The notes under the pieces were generated by a model, which was given only the letters and a program-made list of their open reading frames with translations, ran no database searches and was not told the origin of the DNA. This document shows, piece after piece, positions 48,132 through 57,545 of a stretch of DNA of 64,000 nt. Source of the stretch: Candidatus Dormiibacterota bacterium (lineage in GTDB: Bacteria; Chloroflexota; Dormibacteria; Aeolococcales; Aeolococcaceae); the NCBI GenBank assembly GCA_963718525.1, contig OY970355.1:160001-224000 (forward strand). Reading direction: 5' to 3'. A program made the translations under genes and the position numbers. The number at the start of each line of letters is the position of its first letter. Within the stretch, counting starts at the first letter, position 1.

Positions 48132-51100
48132 TCAGCGGTAGTCGTGGGAACCGGGAACACCGGTCGCCGAGGACCTTGGCCCAGGGCGTGTGATCGGGGT
48201 GCCGTCGGGCGTGAGCGCCGTCACGGCCTCGACGAGCACGTTGACCCGCCCGTGCTCGACCTGAAGCCTGCCGTCGACCATGAGCAGGGGATGCCGGCTC
48301 ACCTCAAGGGTCCGCTGCACCACCGGGGGACGGAAGACCAGGTCGAGGTGGGCATCCTCGTCCGCCAGGGTGAAGAACCTGAAGCCACGAGCCGTCGACG
48401 GCTGCTGGCGTGTGATCACCAGGCCGGCGACGCGGATCCTCGTGCCGTCCACGAGATCGCGCACCTTGCCGAGCGGCACGCACCCGAGCGCGGTGAGCCG
48501 TTCGCGCATGAACGACACCAGGTGGGGGCCGGTACTCACCTCGGTGAGCGCGTACTCGGTGTTCACCCGGGTTCGCTCGTCCATCTCCGGCAGCGGCGGT
48601 GGCACTGCCGGGAGCGATACCAGGGACGGCACCGGGTCGGTGCTCGGATCGTGCGGTGCGTGCGGCGCATCGCCGAGTCGGTTGCCGGCGATCGCGCCAC
48701 TGCCCCGCGGAGGTCCGATCACCACCGCCGCGGCAACAATGGCCTGATCGGCCGGCGCGATGGTCGCGCGCCGGCGTTTTCGCGGGGGCAGCGACTCCTC
48801 GGTCTCTTTCAGTGTCCAGAGCAGCTGACGGCGCGACTTGCCGGCGGCCACGGCGTCAAAGGCGCCGACGCGGATGAGGTTCTCCATCGCAACGCGGGGC
48901 AGGAGCGTGTGCCTCCAGAACGCGGCGACCGAGGTGTTCGCCCCGGCCACCACCGCGTCATCGCACGCAGCCCGTGCGGACGGCCCCAACCCATGCACGT
49001 AGGCGAACCCAATCCGTATCCCGAACTCCGCCGGGCCAACAGCCTCGACGAGGCACCGCGCCCGGCTTGTGGTGACATCGACCGGCAGGATCTTGACCCC
49101 GTGCCGCTTGGCGTCGTCGACGAGGACCGACGGATGGTAGAAGCCCATGGGTTGGGCATTGAGCAGCGCGCATGTGTAATGCGCCGGGTAGGTCATGCGC
49201 AGCCATGCGGTCTCATATGCGGTGCGCGCGAACGCCGCGGCGTGTGATTTGCAGAAGCCGAATTCGGCGAAGCCGGCGACGCTCTTGAAGATCTGCTGCG
49301 CCACCGGCTCATCGAGGTCGTGCTCGACGCAGCGCCGGATGAAACCGTCACGGAGCTCCTCCATCTCCACGCGTGAGCGATGCCGGTTCATCGCACGCCG
49401 AAATCGATCCGCCTCCCCCGCGGTGTACGCGGCGATCTCCATGACGATGCGCAGGATCTGCTCCTGGTACAGGACCACCCCGCAGGTTTCAGCCAGGATC
49501 GGCTCTAACTTGGGGTGCAGATAGGTCACCGGCTCGAGTCCCTGACGGCGGCGGAGGTAGGGATGGACCGCGTCGCCCTGGATCGGACCGGGGCGGATGA
49601 TCGCCACCTGCACGATCAGATCGTTGAAACAGCGAGGCTGCGACTGCCACAACGATTGCTGCTGGGCACGCAACTCGATCTGGAAGAGTCCGATGGTGTC
49701 GACCTTGCAGATCACGTCGTAGACACGCTGGTCTTCCAGGGACAGCGCATCGAGATCGGGCCGCTGCCCCGTGGTCTGCTCGATGAGGTCGAGGCACTCC
49801 GCAATCGCCGACAGGGTTCGCAGCCCGAGCAGATCCATCTTGATGAGCCCGAGATCCTCGACGTCGTCCTTGTCGAACTGCACGACGACCCGTCCCGGCA
49901 TGGTTGCCCGTTCCACCGGCACCACATCGACGAGCGGCTCACCGGTGACGAGCATCCCGCCGACATGAATGCTCAGATGCCTGGGCGTGCCCTCGATGCG
50001 TCTGAGGATTTCGATGAATTGCTGCCACGCGCGGTTGGACACATCGACGATCGGTGACGTCGGCGTTGACACATCGACGCTCGCCTCGGGCGGTGCAGGC
50101 ACCACGAGGCCGGGTGGCGTTGCGGGGGGGCGCCGGCCCGGCGTGTTTACGGAAGCTGGGACGGAGGGGCCCCCGCGACGACAGGACCCGGCCGTCGTCG
50201 CATCCACCCCGGCAGACGCGAGTGTTGACTCCACGTCGGCCAGGTACCAGCTGTCGGTGTGCGTGCTGAGCTTGTCGACCACGGTCTCCGGGAAGCCCAT
50301 CGCTGCGCCCACCTGGCGGATCGCCATGCGTGGGCGGAAGGTCACGACGTTGGCGACCATTCCGGTGCGGTCGGGTCCGTATTTGTCGTAGACGTACTGG
50401 AGCACCTGCTCGCGATGGTCCGTGGAGAAGTCGATGTCGATGTCGGGCGTGCCCTGGTGATCCTCGTGCAGGAATCGCTCGAAGAGCAGGTCATGCGCAA
50501 CGGGATCGACACGCGTGATGCCGAGCAGGTAGGCGACGATCGAGTCCGCGGCACTGCCGCGTCCCTGCCCCGGGATGCCGTGCTCGCGGGCAAATCGCAT
50601 GATGTCCCAGGTGATCAGGAAGAACTCGGCAAGCCGGGTCTTCTCGATGACGTCGAGCTCGCGTTGCAACCGTGCGGCAACGGCGCGAGTCATGGGGTGG
50701 TACTTGCTCTGCACCGCCTCCTGGCAGAGCCGGTAGAGCACGGAGAAGGGCGTCTCCCCTTCGGGCACGGGATAGCCTGGGAAACGCACATCGCTGAAGT
50801 CGAGCGATACCTCACATGCGGCGGCGAGACGCATTGTGTTGTCGAACGCCTCGGGGAGGTCGGACAGCAGCACGCGAAGCTCCACCTCGCCATGCAGACG
50901 ATGCTCGCTGTTGGGCAGGAGCAGACCGTGCGCCGCAGCCTGGTCGAGGGTGGTGCGATGGCGGATCGCGGTGAGCACGTCGAGGAGCGGCTTGTCGGCG
51001 GCGGTCGCGTGATCCGGGGTGGCGCTCGCCAGCAGAGGAATGTCCGCCGCATGGGCGATCGCCGCGCATTCCGCGACCAGCCAGCGGTCAGCAGGATGCA

Positions 51101-51935
51101 GGTGATTGCTCACCAGCATCGCCGTGCGTTCGCGCCCGAAGCACTCCCTGACTGCCTGCGCGTGACGCAATGCCTCGCGCCGATCACCATGAATCAGCGC
51201 ATCGACAACCGCACTCCGCGCCCCACCGATGATGGCGATGCAGTCGTCGAGCTCCGCGGGATCAACATGCGCCGGCTCACTCTCAACGAGCAGCGTCGTA
51301 GACGGCAACCCCGGCCACCCAGTAGGGAAAGGCCCCGCCGTCGGCCGAAGCGCTGCCGGGCGCTCGGGCGGCGGCACCGTAGGACGCCGGGATTGAGAAG
51401 GATGCGGGCGGGAGACTCTCGCCCCAGGAGATCCGGACGGACGCGAGTGCGATCCGGACGGGTCCTGCCGTCGCGGGGACCCCTCCGCTCCGGCTTCCGT
51501 GAACCCGCCGGAGCGGCGTCCCCCCACGACGTCACCCGTCCGGATCTCCTGGATCGCTGATTGCCGCGAGGCGGCAGCGGCCGCCTCAGGATCCGGCGCA
51601 ATCCCGTCGATCACCAGGCGCGGCTGCCCTTTGACGCCGGCCAGCTGCGCAGCGCTCACCGCTCGGCACAACTGGCGATACCCGGTGCGGCTGCGTGCGA
51701 GGAGGCGAAGTCGCGAGCCGCCGGCGAGCTCCAGCTCGGTGCCGATAATCGGGTGGATCCCCTGCGCTTTCGCCGCCTGGATCAGCTCGACGGCTCCGTA
51801 GAGGCCGTTGCGATCACAGAGACCGAGCGCGGAGATCCCGAGCCGAGCAGCGGTCTCCACCATGCTCTTGGGCGAGGCGGCGCCTTCCAGGAAGGAGTAG
51901 TGGGAACGGGCAGCGAGTTCAGCGAACCCTGACAT
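48132..51935 (-). CDS. dnaE2: Error-prone DNA polymerase III alpha (DnaE2/ImuC) with three low-complexity insertions
   Basis: PHP SHYSFLEGA, GRGSAADS, PDIDIDF, RHLSIHVGG, KMDLLGL, FGFCKSHA, RQQPSTARG, C-terminal SHDYR. Confidence 0.96.
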   Translation of the reverse strand: MSGFAELAARSHYSFLEGAASPKSMVETAARLGISALGLCDRNGLYGAVELIQAAKAQGIHPIIGTELELAGGSRLRLLARSRTGYRQLCRAVSAAQLAGVKGQPRLVIDGIAPDPEAAAAASRQSAIQEIRTGDVVGGRRSGGFTEAGAEGSPRRQDPSGSHSRPSGSPGARVSRPHPSQSRRPTVPPPERPAALRPTAGPFPTGWPGLPSTTLLVESEPAHVDPAELDDCIAIIGGARSAVVDALIHGDRREALRHAQAVRECFGRERTAMLVSNHLHPADRWLVAECAAIAHAADIPLLASATPDHATAADKPLLDVLTAIRHRTTLDQAAAHGLLLPNSEHRLHGEVELRVLLSDLPEAFDNTMRLAAACEVSLDFSDVRFPGYPVPEGETPFSVLYRLCQEAVQSKYHPMTRAVAARLQRELDVIEKTRLAEFFLITWDIMRFAREHGIPGQGRGSAADSIVAYLLGITRVDPVAHDLLFERFLHEDHQGTPDIDIDFSTDHREQVLQYVYDKYGPDRTGMVANVVTFRPRMAIRQVGAAMGFPETVVDKLSTHTDSWYLADVESTLASAGVDATTAGSCRRGGPSVPASVNTPGRRPPATPPGLVVPAPPEASVDVSTPTSPIVDVSNRAWQQFIEILRRIEGTPRHLSIHVGGMLVTGEPLVDVVPVERATMPGRVVVQFDKDDVEDLGLIKMDLLGLRTLSAIAECLDLIEQTTGQRPDLDALSLEDQRVYDVICKVDTIGLFQIELRAQQQSLWQSQPRCFNDLIVQVAIIRPGPIQGDAVHPYLRRRQGLEPVTYLHPKLEPILAETCGVVLYQEQILRIVMEIAAYTAGEADRFRRAMNRHRSRVEMEELRDGFIRRCVEHDLDEPVAQQIFKSVAGFAEFGFCKSHAAAFARTAYETAWLRMTYPAHYTCALLNAQPMGFYHPSVLVDDAKRHGVKILPVDVTTSRARCLVEAVGPAEFGIRIGFAYVHGLGPSARAACDDAVVAGANTSVAAFWRHTLLPRVAMENLIRVGAFDAVAAGKSRRQLLWTLKETEESLPPRKRRRATIAPADQAIVAAAVVIGPPRGSGAIAGNRLGDAPHAPHDPSTDPVPSLVSLPAVPPPLPEMDERTRVNTEYALTEVSTGPHLVSFMRERLTALGCVPLGKVRDLVDGTRIRVAGLVITRQQPSTARGFRFFTLADEDAHLDLVFRPPVVQRTLEVSRHPLLMVDGRLQVEHGRVNVLVEAVTALTPDGTPITRPGPRSSATGVPGSHDYR
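50104..50199 (+). repeat. Palindromic element copy A, in-frame insert in dnaE2 (antisense)
   Basis: 50111-50194 matches the reverse complement of 51455-51538 at 70/84 positions, ungapped; folds as one hairpin. Confidence 0.85.
51424..51552 (-). repeat. Palindromic element copy B, in-frame insert in dnaE2 (sense)
   Basis: 129 bp (43 codons) bounded by perfect 17-bp inverted repeats CCAGGAGATCCGGACGG / CCGTCCGGATCTCCTGG. Confidence 0.85.
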
Positions 51936-52040
51936 GGGCACTCGGTGGCGGCTTGACAACTACTACAATTTTGTGTAACTATTCGTCAGGTCAGCCCACC
52001 ACCGCACGGGGCACCAGCGGGTGCCCACCTCAGGCCTTCT

Positions 52041-52090
52041 CCCCTTCCCCGGCCGCCGGTTCCCCTCAACCGGCGGCCACCAGGGAGGGG
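52041..52090. other. GC-rich intergenic hairpin
   Basis: GGCCGCCGGTT-cccctc-AACCGGCGGCC with outer CCCCTTCCC/GGGAGGGG; no U-tract. Confidence 0.6.
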
Positions 52091-52101
52091 CGGCGCAGAG
52101 T

Positions 52102-52350
52102 TCAGTCATAGCGGCGCTCCTGATGCCACTCGCCGGTCTCGAGGTCCCGATAGAGGTCGACGCACTCCCCGTCGTGGAGGAGACATCGCACGTAGTCGCG
52201 ACCCACGGGGATGCGCCACCAGTCGGTTTCCACGCGCCAGGTGTTCACCACCTCGGCCACCCGCACCCATGCCGCCCCGCTTCGGAGCGCGAGCGGCAAT
52301 CCATCCGCGCCGGTGCGGACCTCGGCGATCCCCTCGAGCAATTCGGTCAC
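52102..52350 (-). CDS. DUF6504-like small protein
   Basis: V.EV...WRVET.WW.....RDY........DLYRD...G.W...R.YD; GTGA-coupled to imuB. Confidence 0.85.
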   Translation of the reverse strand: MTELLEGIAEVRTGADGLPLALRSGAAWVRVAEVVNTWRVETDWWRIPVGRDYVRCLLHDGECVDLYRDLETGEWHQERRYD

Positions 52351-53555
52351 CGTGCCGCCCCCGCCACAACCGGCGCTTCCCAGGTGAACCGGCGTTCCGG
52401 AAGGTCGCCGGGGTCGAGTGCCAGCCTGGGATGGCGCACCGTGGCGGCACCGAACCGGCTTCGGAGGCGATCCGCCGTGGCGACCACCGCCTCCCGCGCA
52501 CCGTCGCCGGGTCGCAGCAGATCGGTCTGCCGCCCGGCCGCCGGAGCCAGCCGGGTCACCCCGAGCCGGACGGCCGCAACCGGCGCCTGCGGCTTGATCT
52601 GACTCAGGAGGCCGAGCGCCACCGTCCAGAGTTCGCCCACGTTGCCCGAGGGTGCCGCAGGCACCATCGAAGCCGAGATCGCCTCGTGTTCCTCGATCTC
52701 GAATACCACGCTCACCTCGGCGGCCGCCAGGCCCTCGGCGGTGAGCCGGCCGCCAAGCGCCGTGGCGCACTGCCGGACTCCCCGAAGCAGGATCTCGAGA
52801 TCCCCGGTGGCCCCGTCGAGCACGAGCCGCTCACTCCACGCCCGCTGCGCCGGCACCGGGTGGATTCCACCGCTGTCCTCGCCACGCGCCAGCCGGTGCA
52901 ACCGGAGCCCATCGGGACCGAACTGGCGTTGCAGATCGGCCGGACCCAGACTCGCCACCGCGCCCAGGCAATCGAGTCCGAAGGCGGCGAGGCGGGCGGT
53001 GACCGCCGGGTCGACGGGCAGAACGTCGAGGGGCAGCGGCGCCAGGAAGACGGCTTCATCGCCGGAGCGAACCCGGCGGATCCGCCCGGGACGGCTTGCT
53101 CGTGCCGCGAGACGGGCGACGAATCGCGACTCCGCCACGCCCACGGCGATCTCCACGTCGAGCACGCCGCGCAATCCGCGAGCCACGGCGGATGCCCAGG
53201 CAGCCTCATCGGCAAACTCGGCGTGCCGGCCGGAGAGATCGCCGAATGCCTCCTCGTCACCGGCCTCCACCGTGGGCGAGAGCCGGTGGAGCTCGGCGCA
53301 GACGGCGGCGCGCAGCCGTGCGATCCCATCGGGATCGAGGGGGACGAACACCGCGGCCGGGCAGGACTGCTGTGCCTGGCGCAGCGGTTGCCCCACCCGC
53401 ACCCCGGCAGCCAGCGCCGCCTCCGAAGCGGCGACGACCGGGAGGCGCAACTCGGGAGCGCCGCCGAGGATCACCGGCTCCCCACGCAGCTCGGGATAGC
53501 GGCGGAGAGCCGCCACAAGCCCGAGGTGCGGATGGCGAGCGCAGAGAACGCGCAT
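52347..53555 (-). CDS. imuB: Inactive Y-family polymerase ImuB
   Basis: GVRVGQPLRQAQQSCP, LSPTVE, VGVA.SRF.A.LAA, FLAPLPL, L..FG; lacks catalytic carboxylate motifs. Confidence 0.9.
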   Translation of the reverse strand: MRVLCARHPHLGLVAALRRYPELRGEPVILGGAPELRLPVVAASEAALAAGVRVGQPLRQAQQSCPAAVFVPLDPDGIARLRAAVCAELHRLSPTVEAGDEEAFGDLSGRHAEFADEAAWASAVARGLRGVLDVEIAVGVAESRFVARLAARASRPGRIRRVRSGDEAVFLAPLPLDVLPVDPAVTARLAAFGLDCLGAVASLGPADLQRQFGPDGLRLHRLARGEDSGGIHPVPAQRAWSERLVLDGATGDLEILLRGVRQCATALGGRLTAEGLAAAEVSVVFEIEEHEAISASMVPAAPSGNVGELWTVALGLLSQIKPQAPVAAVRLGVTRLAPAAGRQTDLLRPGDGAREAVVATADRLRSRFGAATVRHPRLALDPGDLPERRFTWEAPVVAGAAR

Positions 53556-53556
53556 C

Positions 53557-54357
53557 TCAACCTCGAGCCGCCACGCCGGCTACATCGGGAATCGGAAGGA
53601 CGATCGGCTGCAAGCGCGGTACGACGACACTGGGCAGCCCGACCACCTCGGCGGTGGCGTAGGGACGGGGGTAGCGGAGCAGCACGATTGCCTCGGCGCC
53701 GGGCGCGCCGAGCTTGCTCTTGCCGGTGGTGAGCCGCACCCGCAGCCCTGCCACGTCGCCATTGGCGCGCTGCCAGCCGACGGCCGCACAGACGAGCGTG
53801 AGCGACGAGGCGTGGCGAAGCGGGGCTGCGACCGGAGCGGGGGTGGCGATGACGCAGATCGCACCGCGCTTGGCCACTGCTTCGGCCAGCGCGGCGAGCG
53901 CATGCTCCCAAAGCGACGGCCGTGACTGCTCCCCGCCGAGTGCCACACCCACCCACGGCATGCCCGCGGCCACCAGGGCGCGTGCCATGACCAGCCCACG
54001 CTCCCACCTCGCGGGGCCCGGGGAGATCACCAGGCAGGCGTCGAGATCCGCTCCGAGGTCGGCGAGGAAGCCGGGATCGAGCGAGCCCGCAAGATCCACA
54101 TAGGCGGTGTCATGCGAGCGGCTGGCCAGCGCGACCAGCGACTGGAGCAACGTCAGCCGGCCTGAAGGCCCGCGTCCGGCGGCGGCAAGCAGGGTGACCC
54201 TGCCGTGCGGGAGGCCGCCGGGAGTCAGCACATCATCGAGGACCGGCACCGCTGTGGACCACGTGCCTGCTTCCTCCGCTGTTCCGCCACGGCGAAGCGC
54301 CTGGGGACCGTATCGGGATCGAAGTGTCGCCAGAGCGGCGGACAGGGAATCGGACAT
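53557..54357 (-). CDS. imuA: RecA-like ImuA protein
   Basis: L.SRYG..ALR, ST....LD.VL..GGLP.GRVT, degenerate Walker A, YVD...SLDP..LA.LGADL; first gene of the cassette. Confidence 0.85.
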   Translation of the reverse strand: MSDSLSAALATLRSRYGPQALRRGGTAEEAGTWSTAVPVLDDVLTPGGLPHGRVTLLAAAGRGPSGRLTLLQSLVALASRSHDTAYVDLAGSLDPGFLADLGADLDACLVISPGPARWERGLVMARALVAAGMPWVGVALGGEQSRPSLWEHALAALAEAVAKRGAICVIATPAPVAAPLRHASSLTLVCAAVGWQRANGDVAGLRVRLTTGKSKLGAPGAEAIVLLRYPRPYATAEVVGLPSVVVPRLQPIVLPIPDVAGVAARG

Positions 54358-54422
54358 CGCTCCTCACTGGAAATGACCGCCGCCTACTGGGACGGAAAGC
54401 AGGAGCGCCGAGGCGGGACGTC

Positions 54423-54443
54423 AGTGTAGCGAACAGATGTTCG
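54423..54443 (-). promoter_or_regulatory. LexA (SOS) box next to the imuA -10 element
   Basis: CGAAC-AGAT-GTTCG at 54430-54443 (Gram-positive/Actinobacterial consensus) immediately upstream of TACACT. Confidence 0.92.
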
Positions 54444-54544
54444 ACGCGCAAGTGCCGCACGAGGTCGGCGAAAGGACCTATCTCAGGAGGTCAGCACGCC
54501 GACTCTGATCCGAACCTCGCCGTCCCGGAACTAGAGTCCATCGA

Positions 54545-56098
54545 ATGACTGAGATGCTCGCGAGCTACGTCGCCGGCCAGTGGTATACCGCAGCTGACGA
54601 GGGCGCGGTGGTGGTCGACGCGGTCACGGGGGACGCGGTCGCGCGGGTTTCGAGCACCGGCCTGGACACGCGAACCATGGTTGATCACGCGCGCCATATC
54701 GGCGGACCCGCACTGCGGCGACTGACGTTTCAGGAACGGGCTGCGGCCCTGAAGGACCTCGCCACGTACCTCGATGGCAACAAGGCCGCGTACCACGAGC
54801 TGTCGCTCTCGACCGGCGCGACCCGACGGGATTCCACCGGCGATATCGAAGGGGGTATCGGCACAACCTTTGTCTTCAGCAGCCGCGGGCGGCGCGAGCT
54901 GCCGGAAGGGTTTCTCCTCACCGACGGGGACGTCGAACCCATCGGTAAAGCGGGGACGTTCGTCGGGCGGCACGTGTACACGTCGCTGCGCGGCGTTGTG
55001 CTGCAGGTCAACGCGTTCAACTTCCCGGTGTGGGGCATGCTCGAAAAGCTCGCGCCCGCCGTGCTCGCCGGCGTTCCCACCATCGTCAAGCCGGCGACGC
55101 AGACCGCCTATCTCACGCACGCGGTGGTGCGCGACATCATCGCGTCCGGGGCACTCCCCGACGGCGCCGTGCAGCTCCTGTGCGGCAGCGCGGGGGATGT
55201 CCTCGATCACCTCGGCGGCGAAGACGTGATCGCCTTCACGGGGAGCGCGAGCACCGCGGCGGTGTTGCGCGGCCAGGACGCCGTGACCGCACGCGCCGCG
55301 CGCTTCAACGCCGAGACCAACTCGCTCAACTGCTCAATCCTGGGACCCGACGCCGTGGTGGGCACGCCGGAATTCGACCTGTACATCAAGGAAGTCTCGC
55401 GTGAGATCACCACCAAAGCGGGACAGCGGTGCACCTGCATCCGGCGAGCGCTGGTTCCCGAATCGATGGTTGACGACGTGATCGCCGGTGTCCGCGCGAG
55501 GCTCGACAAGGTCGTCGTCGGCAATCCGCGCAACGAGACGGTGACCATGGGTGCGCTGGTCAGCCTCCAGCAGCGTGATGAGGTCCGCGCCGCGGTCGCC
55601 GAGCTGGCTCGCGCGGCCGAGGTCGTGTACGGCGACCCCATGTCGGTCGACCCGGTGGACGCCGACCCGATGCGCGGCGCGTTCATGGCACCCGTGGTGC
55701 TGCTGGCGACCGGCGACCGCGCGGAACCGCACGAGATCGAGGCATTCGGCCCGGTGACCACCCTCATCCAGTACGGCCCGTCGGACGATCTCGGTGCTCT
55801 TGCGGCGCGCGGCAGCGGCAGCCTGGTCGGATCGGTCATCTCCTACGACCCGGACTTCGTGCGCGAGGTGGTGACCGGCGTTGCGCCGTACCACGGTCGC
55901 CTGCTCGTCCTCGACCGTGACTGCGCAGCGGAATCCACGGGGCACGGGACGCCGATGCCGCAACTCGTCCACGGCGGTCCTGGACGCGCCGGCGGTGGCG
56001 AGGAGCTCGGCGGCATGCGTGCCGTCAAGCACTTCATGCAGCGCACGGCGCTCGAGGGGTCACCGGCGGTGATCACGAGGCTCGTGGGTGGCTCCTGA
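54545..56098 (+). CDS. PaaZ/BoxD-type aldehyde dehydrogenase (ALDH domain only)
   Basis: DIEGGIGT, NAFNFPVWGMLEK, FTGSA.TA, KAGQRCTCIRR, EAFGPV, TGHG.P.P.LVHGGPGRAGGGEELGG; no MaoC domain. Confidence 0.92.
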   Translation: MTEMLASYVAGQWYTAADEGAVVVDAVTGDAVARVSSTGLDTRTMVDHARHIGGPALRRLTFQERAAALKDLATYLDGNKAAYHELSLSTGATRRDSTGDIEGGIGTTFVFSSRGRRELPEGFLLTDGDVEPIGKAGTFVGRHVYTSLRGVVLQVNAFNFPVWGMLEKLAPAVLAGVPTIVKPATQTAYLTHAVVRDIIASGALPDGAVQLLCGSAGDVLDHLGGEDVIAFTGSASTAAVLRGQDAVTARAARFNAETNSLNCSILGPDAVVGTPEFDLYIKEVSREITTKAGQRCTCIRRALVPESMVDDVIAGVRARLDKVVVGNPRNETVTMGALVSLQQRDEVRAAVAELARAAEVVYGDPMSVDPVDADPMRGAFMAPVVLLATGDRAEPHEIEAFGPVTTLIQYGPSDDLGALAARGSGSLVGSVISYDPDFVREVVTGVAPYHGRLLVLDRDCAAESTGHGTPMPQLVHGGPGRAGGGEELGGMRAVKHFMQRTALEGSPAVITRLVGGS

Positions 56099-56169
56099 TC
56101 ACCGGGCACGCGCGGCGGCCCTGCCCGTAAACTCGCGGGCGAACGTCTGACCCGGCGAGGAGGTACTGC

Positions 56170-57052
56170 GTGCGCGTTGCGGTGACCGGTGGTACCGGCT
56201 TTGTCGGCATCCACACCGTTCGTGCGCTCAAGGACGCCGGCCACGAGGTGGTGATCGTGGCCCGCGGAACCACCCGTCGCCCCAAGGGCGATCGAAGTCA
56301 CGTTCGTCCAGGCCGACGTGACCAGCGCACCCAAGCTTGCTGAGGCCTTCGCCGGGTGCGACGCTGTGGTTCACCTCGTCGCGATCATCCAGGAGCGCGG
56401 CCGTCAGACCTTCGACCGCGTGAACCGCGAGGGCACCGAGCGAGTCGTCGAGGCGGCCAAACACGCGAAGGTGAGCCATCTGGTGCACCAGGGTGCGCTC
56501 GGCGCGGACCCCGACCCGCGGTATCCGTACCTGCTGAGCAAATGGCAGGGCGAGCAGGCGGTCCGAGGCGGCGGCGTCCCGTACACGGCGCTGCGGCCGG
56601 GGCTCATCTTCGGGCCGGGCGACGGCTTCTTCACGCTGCTGACCCGGATGATGCGGATCAACCCGGTCATCCCCATCGCCGGCGACGGCCGGACTCTCTT
56701 CCAACCGATCTCGATCGGTGACATGACTCGCTGCATCGTTCTCGCCCTCGAGCGGGGACCGGCCCTGCGCGTGTACGAGATCGGCGGCCCCGACCTGATG
56801 AGCTACGAGGACATCGTCCGCACGATCAAAGCGGAACTCGGGCTGCATCGTAAGATCGTCCACGTGCCGGTGCCGATGATGATGCCCGCCGCGTTCGCGA
56901 TGGAGAAGCTCCTCCGTCATCCGCCGGTCACTCGCGACCAGCTCCGCATGCTCGGGCGCAACAACGTCACCCGCGTCAACTCGGTGCGAGTTGGATTCGG
57001 TTTCGACGCCGAGCGCTTTGCCGACAACTGCGACTACCTCCACGAGTACTGA
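56170..57052 (+). pseudogene. NDUFA9-like NAD(P)-dependent SDR with +1 frameshift at about 56295
   Basis: MRVAVTGGTGFVG Rossmann motif from GTG 56170 is one base out of frame with DAVVHLVAII...YLLSK...RPGLIFG. Confidence 0.85.
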
Positions 57053-57054
57053 GC

Positions 57055-57528
57055 ATGAGTGTCGACGACCGTCTCGCAGAGCTCCACATCGTCATTCCTG
57101 AGGCCGGCGTGCCGGTTGCCAACTACGTCACCGCGCGCCGATCAGGCAACCTGCTGTTCCTCTCCGGACACATCGGCAAGCGCGACGGCGAGGTGGTGAC
57201 GGGCGCGGTCGGCGACGGCGTCGATACCGATACCGCGTACGACCTTGCGCGCCGCGCGGCCATCGACCTCCTGGGGACGGCACGCGCGGCCCTCGGCACG
57301 CTCGACAGCGTCGCCGTGATCAAGCTGACCGGATTCGTGCGCAGCGCGCCCGGGTTCACCGAGCAACCCGCCGTCGTCAATGGCGCGTCCGACCTGCTGG
57401 TGGCGGTGTTCGGCCCCGAGCGCGGTCGGCACGCACGGAGCGCCATCGGTGTCGCGCAGCTGCCGCTGGGCGCCGCGGTGGAGATCGAGGCGATCTTCGA
57501 GGTCGTCGGCCCACCGGCGTCGGTCTGA
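57055..57528 (+). CDS. RidA/YjgF family protein
   Basis: PVANYV, LFLSGH, QPAVVNGASDLL, HARSAIGVAQLPLGAAVEIE. Confidence 0.95.
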   Translation: MSVDDRLAELHIVIPEAGVPVANYVTARRSGNLLFLSGHIGKRDGEVVTGAVGDGVDTDTAYDLARRAAIDLLGTARAALGTLDSVAVIKLTGFVRSAPGFTEQPAVVNGASDLLVAVFGPERGRHARSAIGVAQLPLGAAVEIEAIFEVVGPPASV

Positions 57529-57545
57529 ACCGGTAGGCTCTGGGC

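Noticed and set aside
48640-48790. Third dnaE2 insertion as another copy of the palindromic element
   Set aside because: It shows some self-complementarity but no alignable similarity to copies A and B.
48132-51935. Inteins in DnaE2
   Set aside because: The inserts lack intein termini (C/S start, HN-C/S/T end) and are low-complexity.
51960-51975. 14/16 match of ACTACTACAATTTTGT to the recombinase left site (ACTACTTCACTTTTGT, - strand)
   Set aside because: A short match between two AT-rich patches; the dnaE2-side sequence is better explained as its own palindrome.
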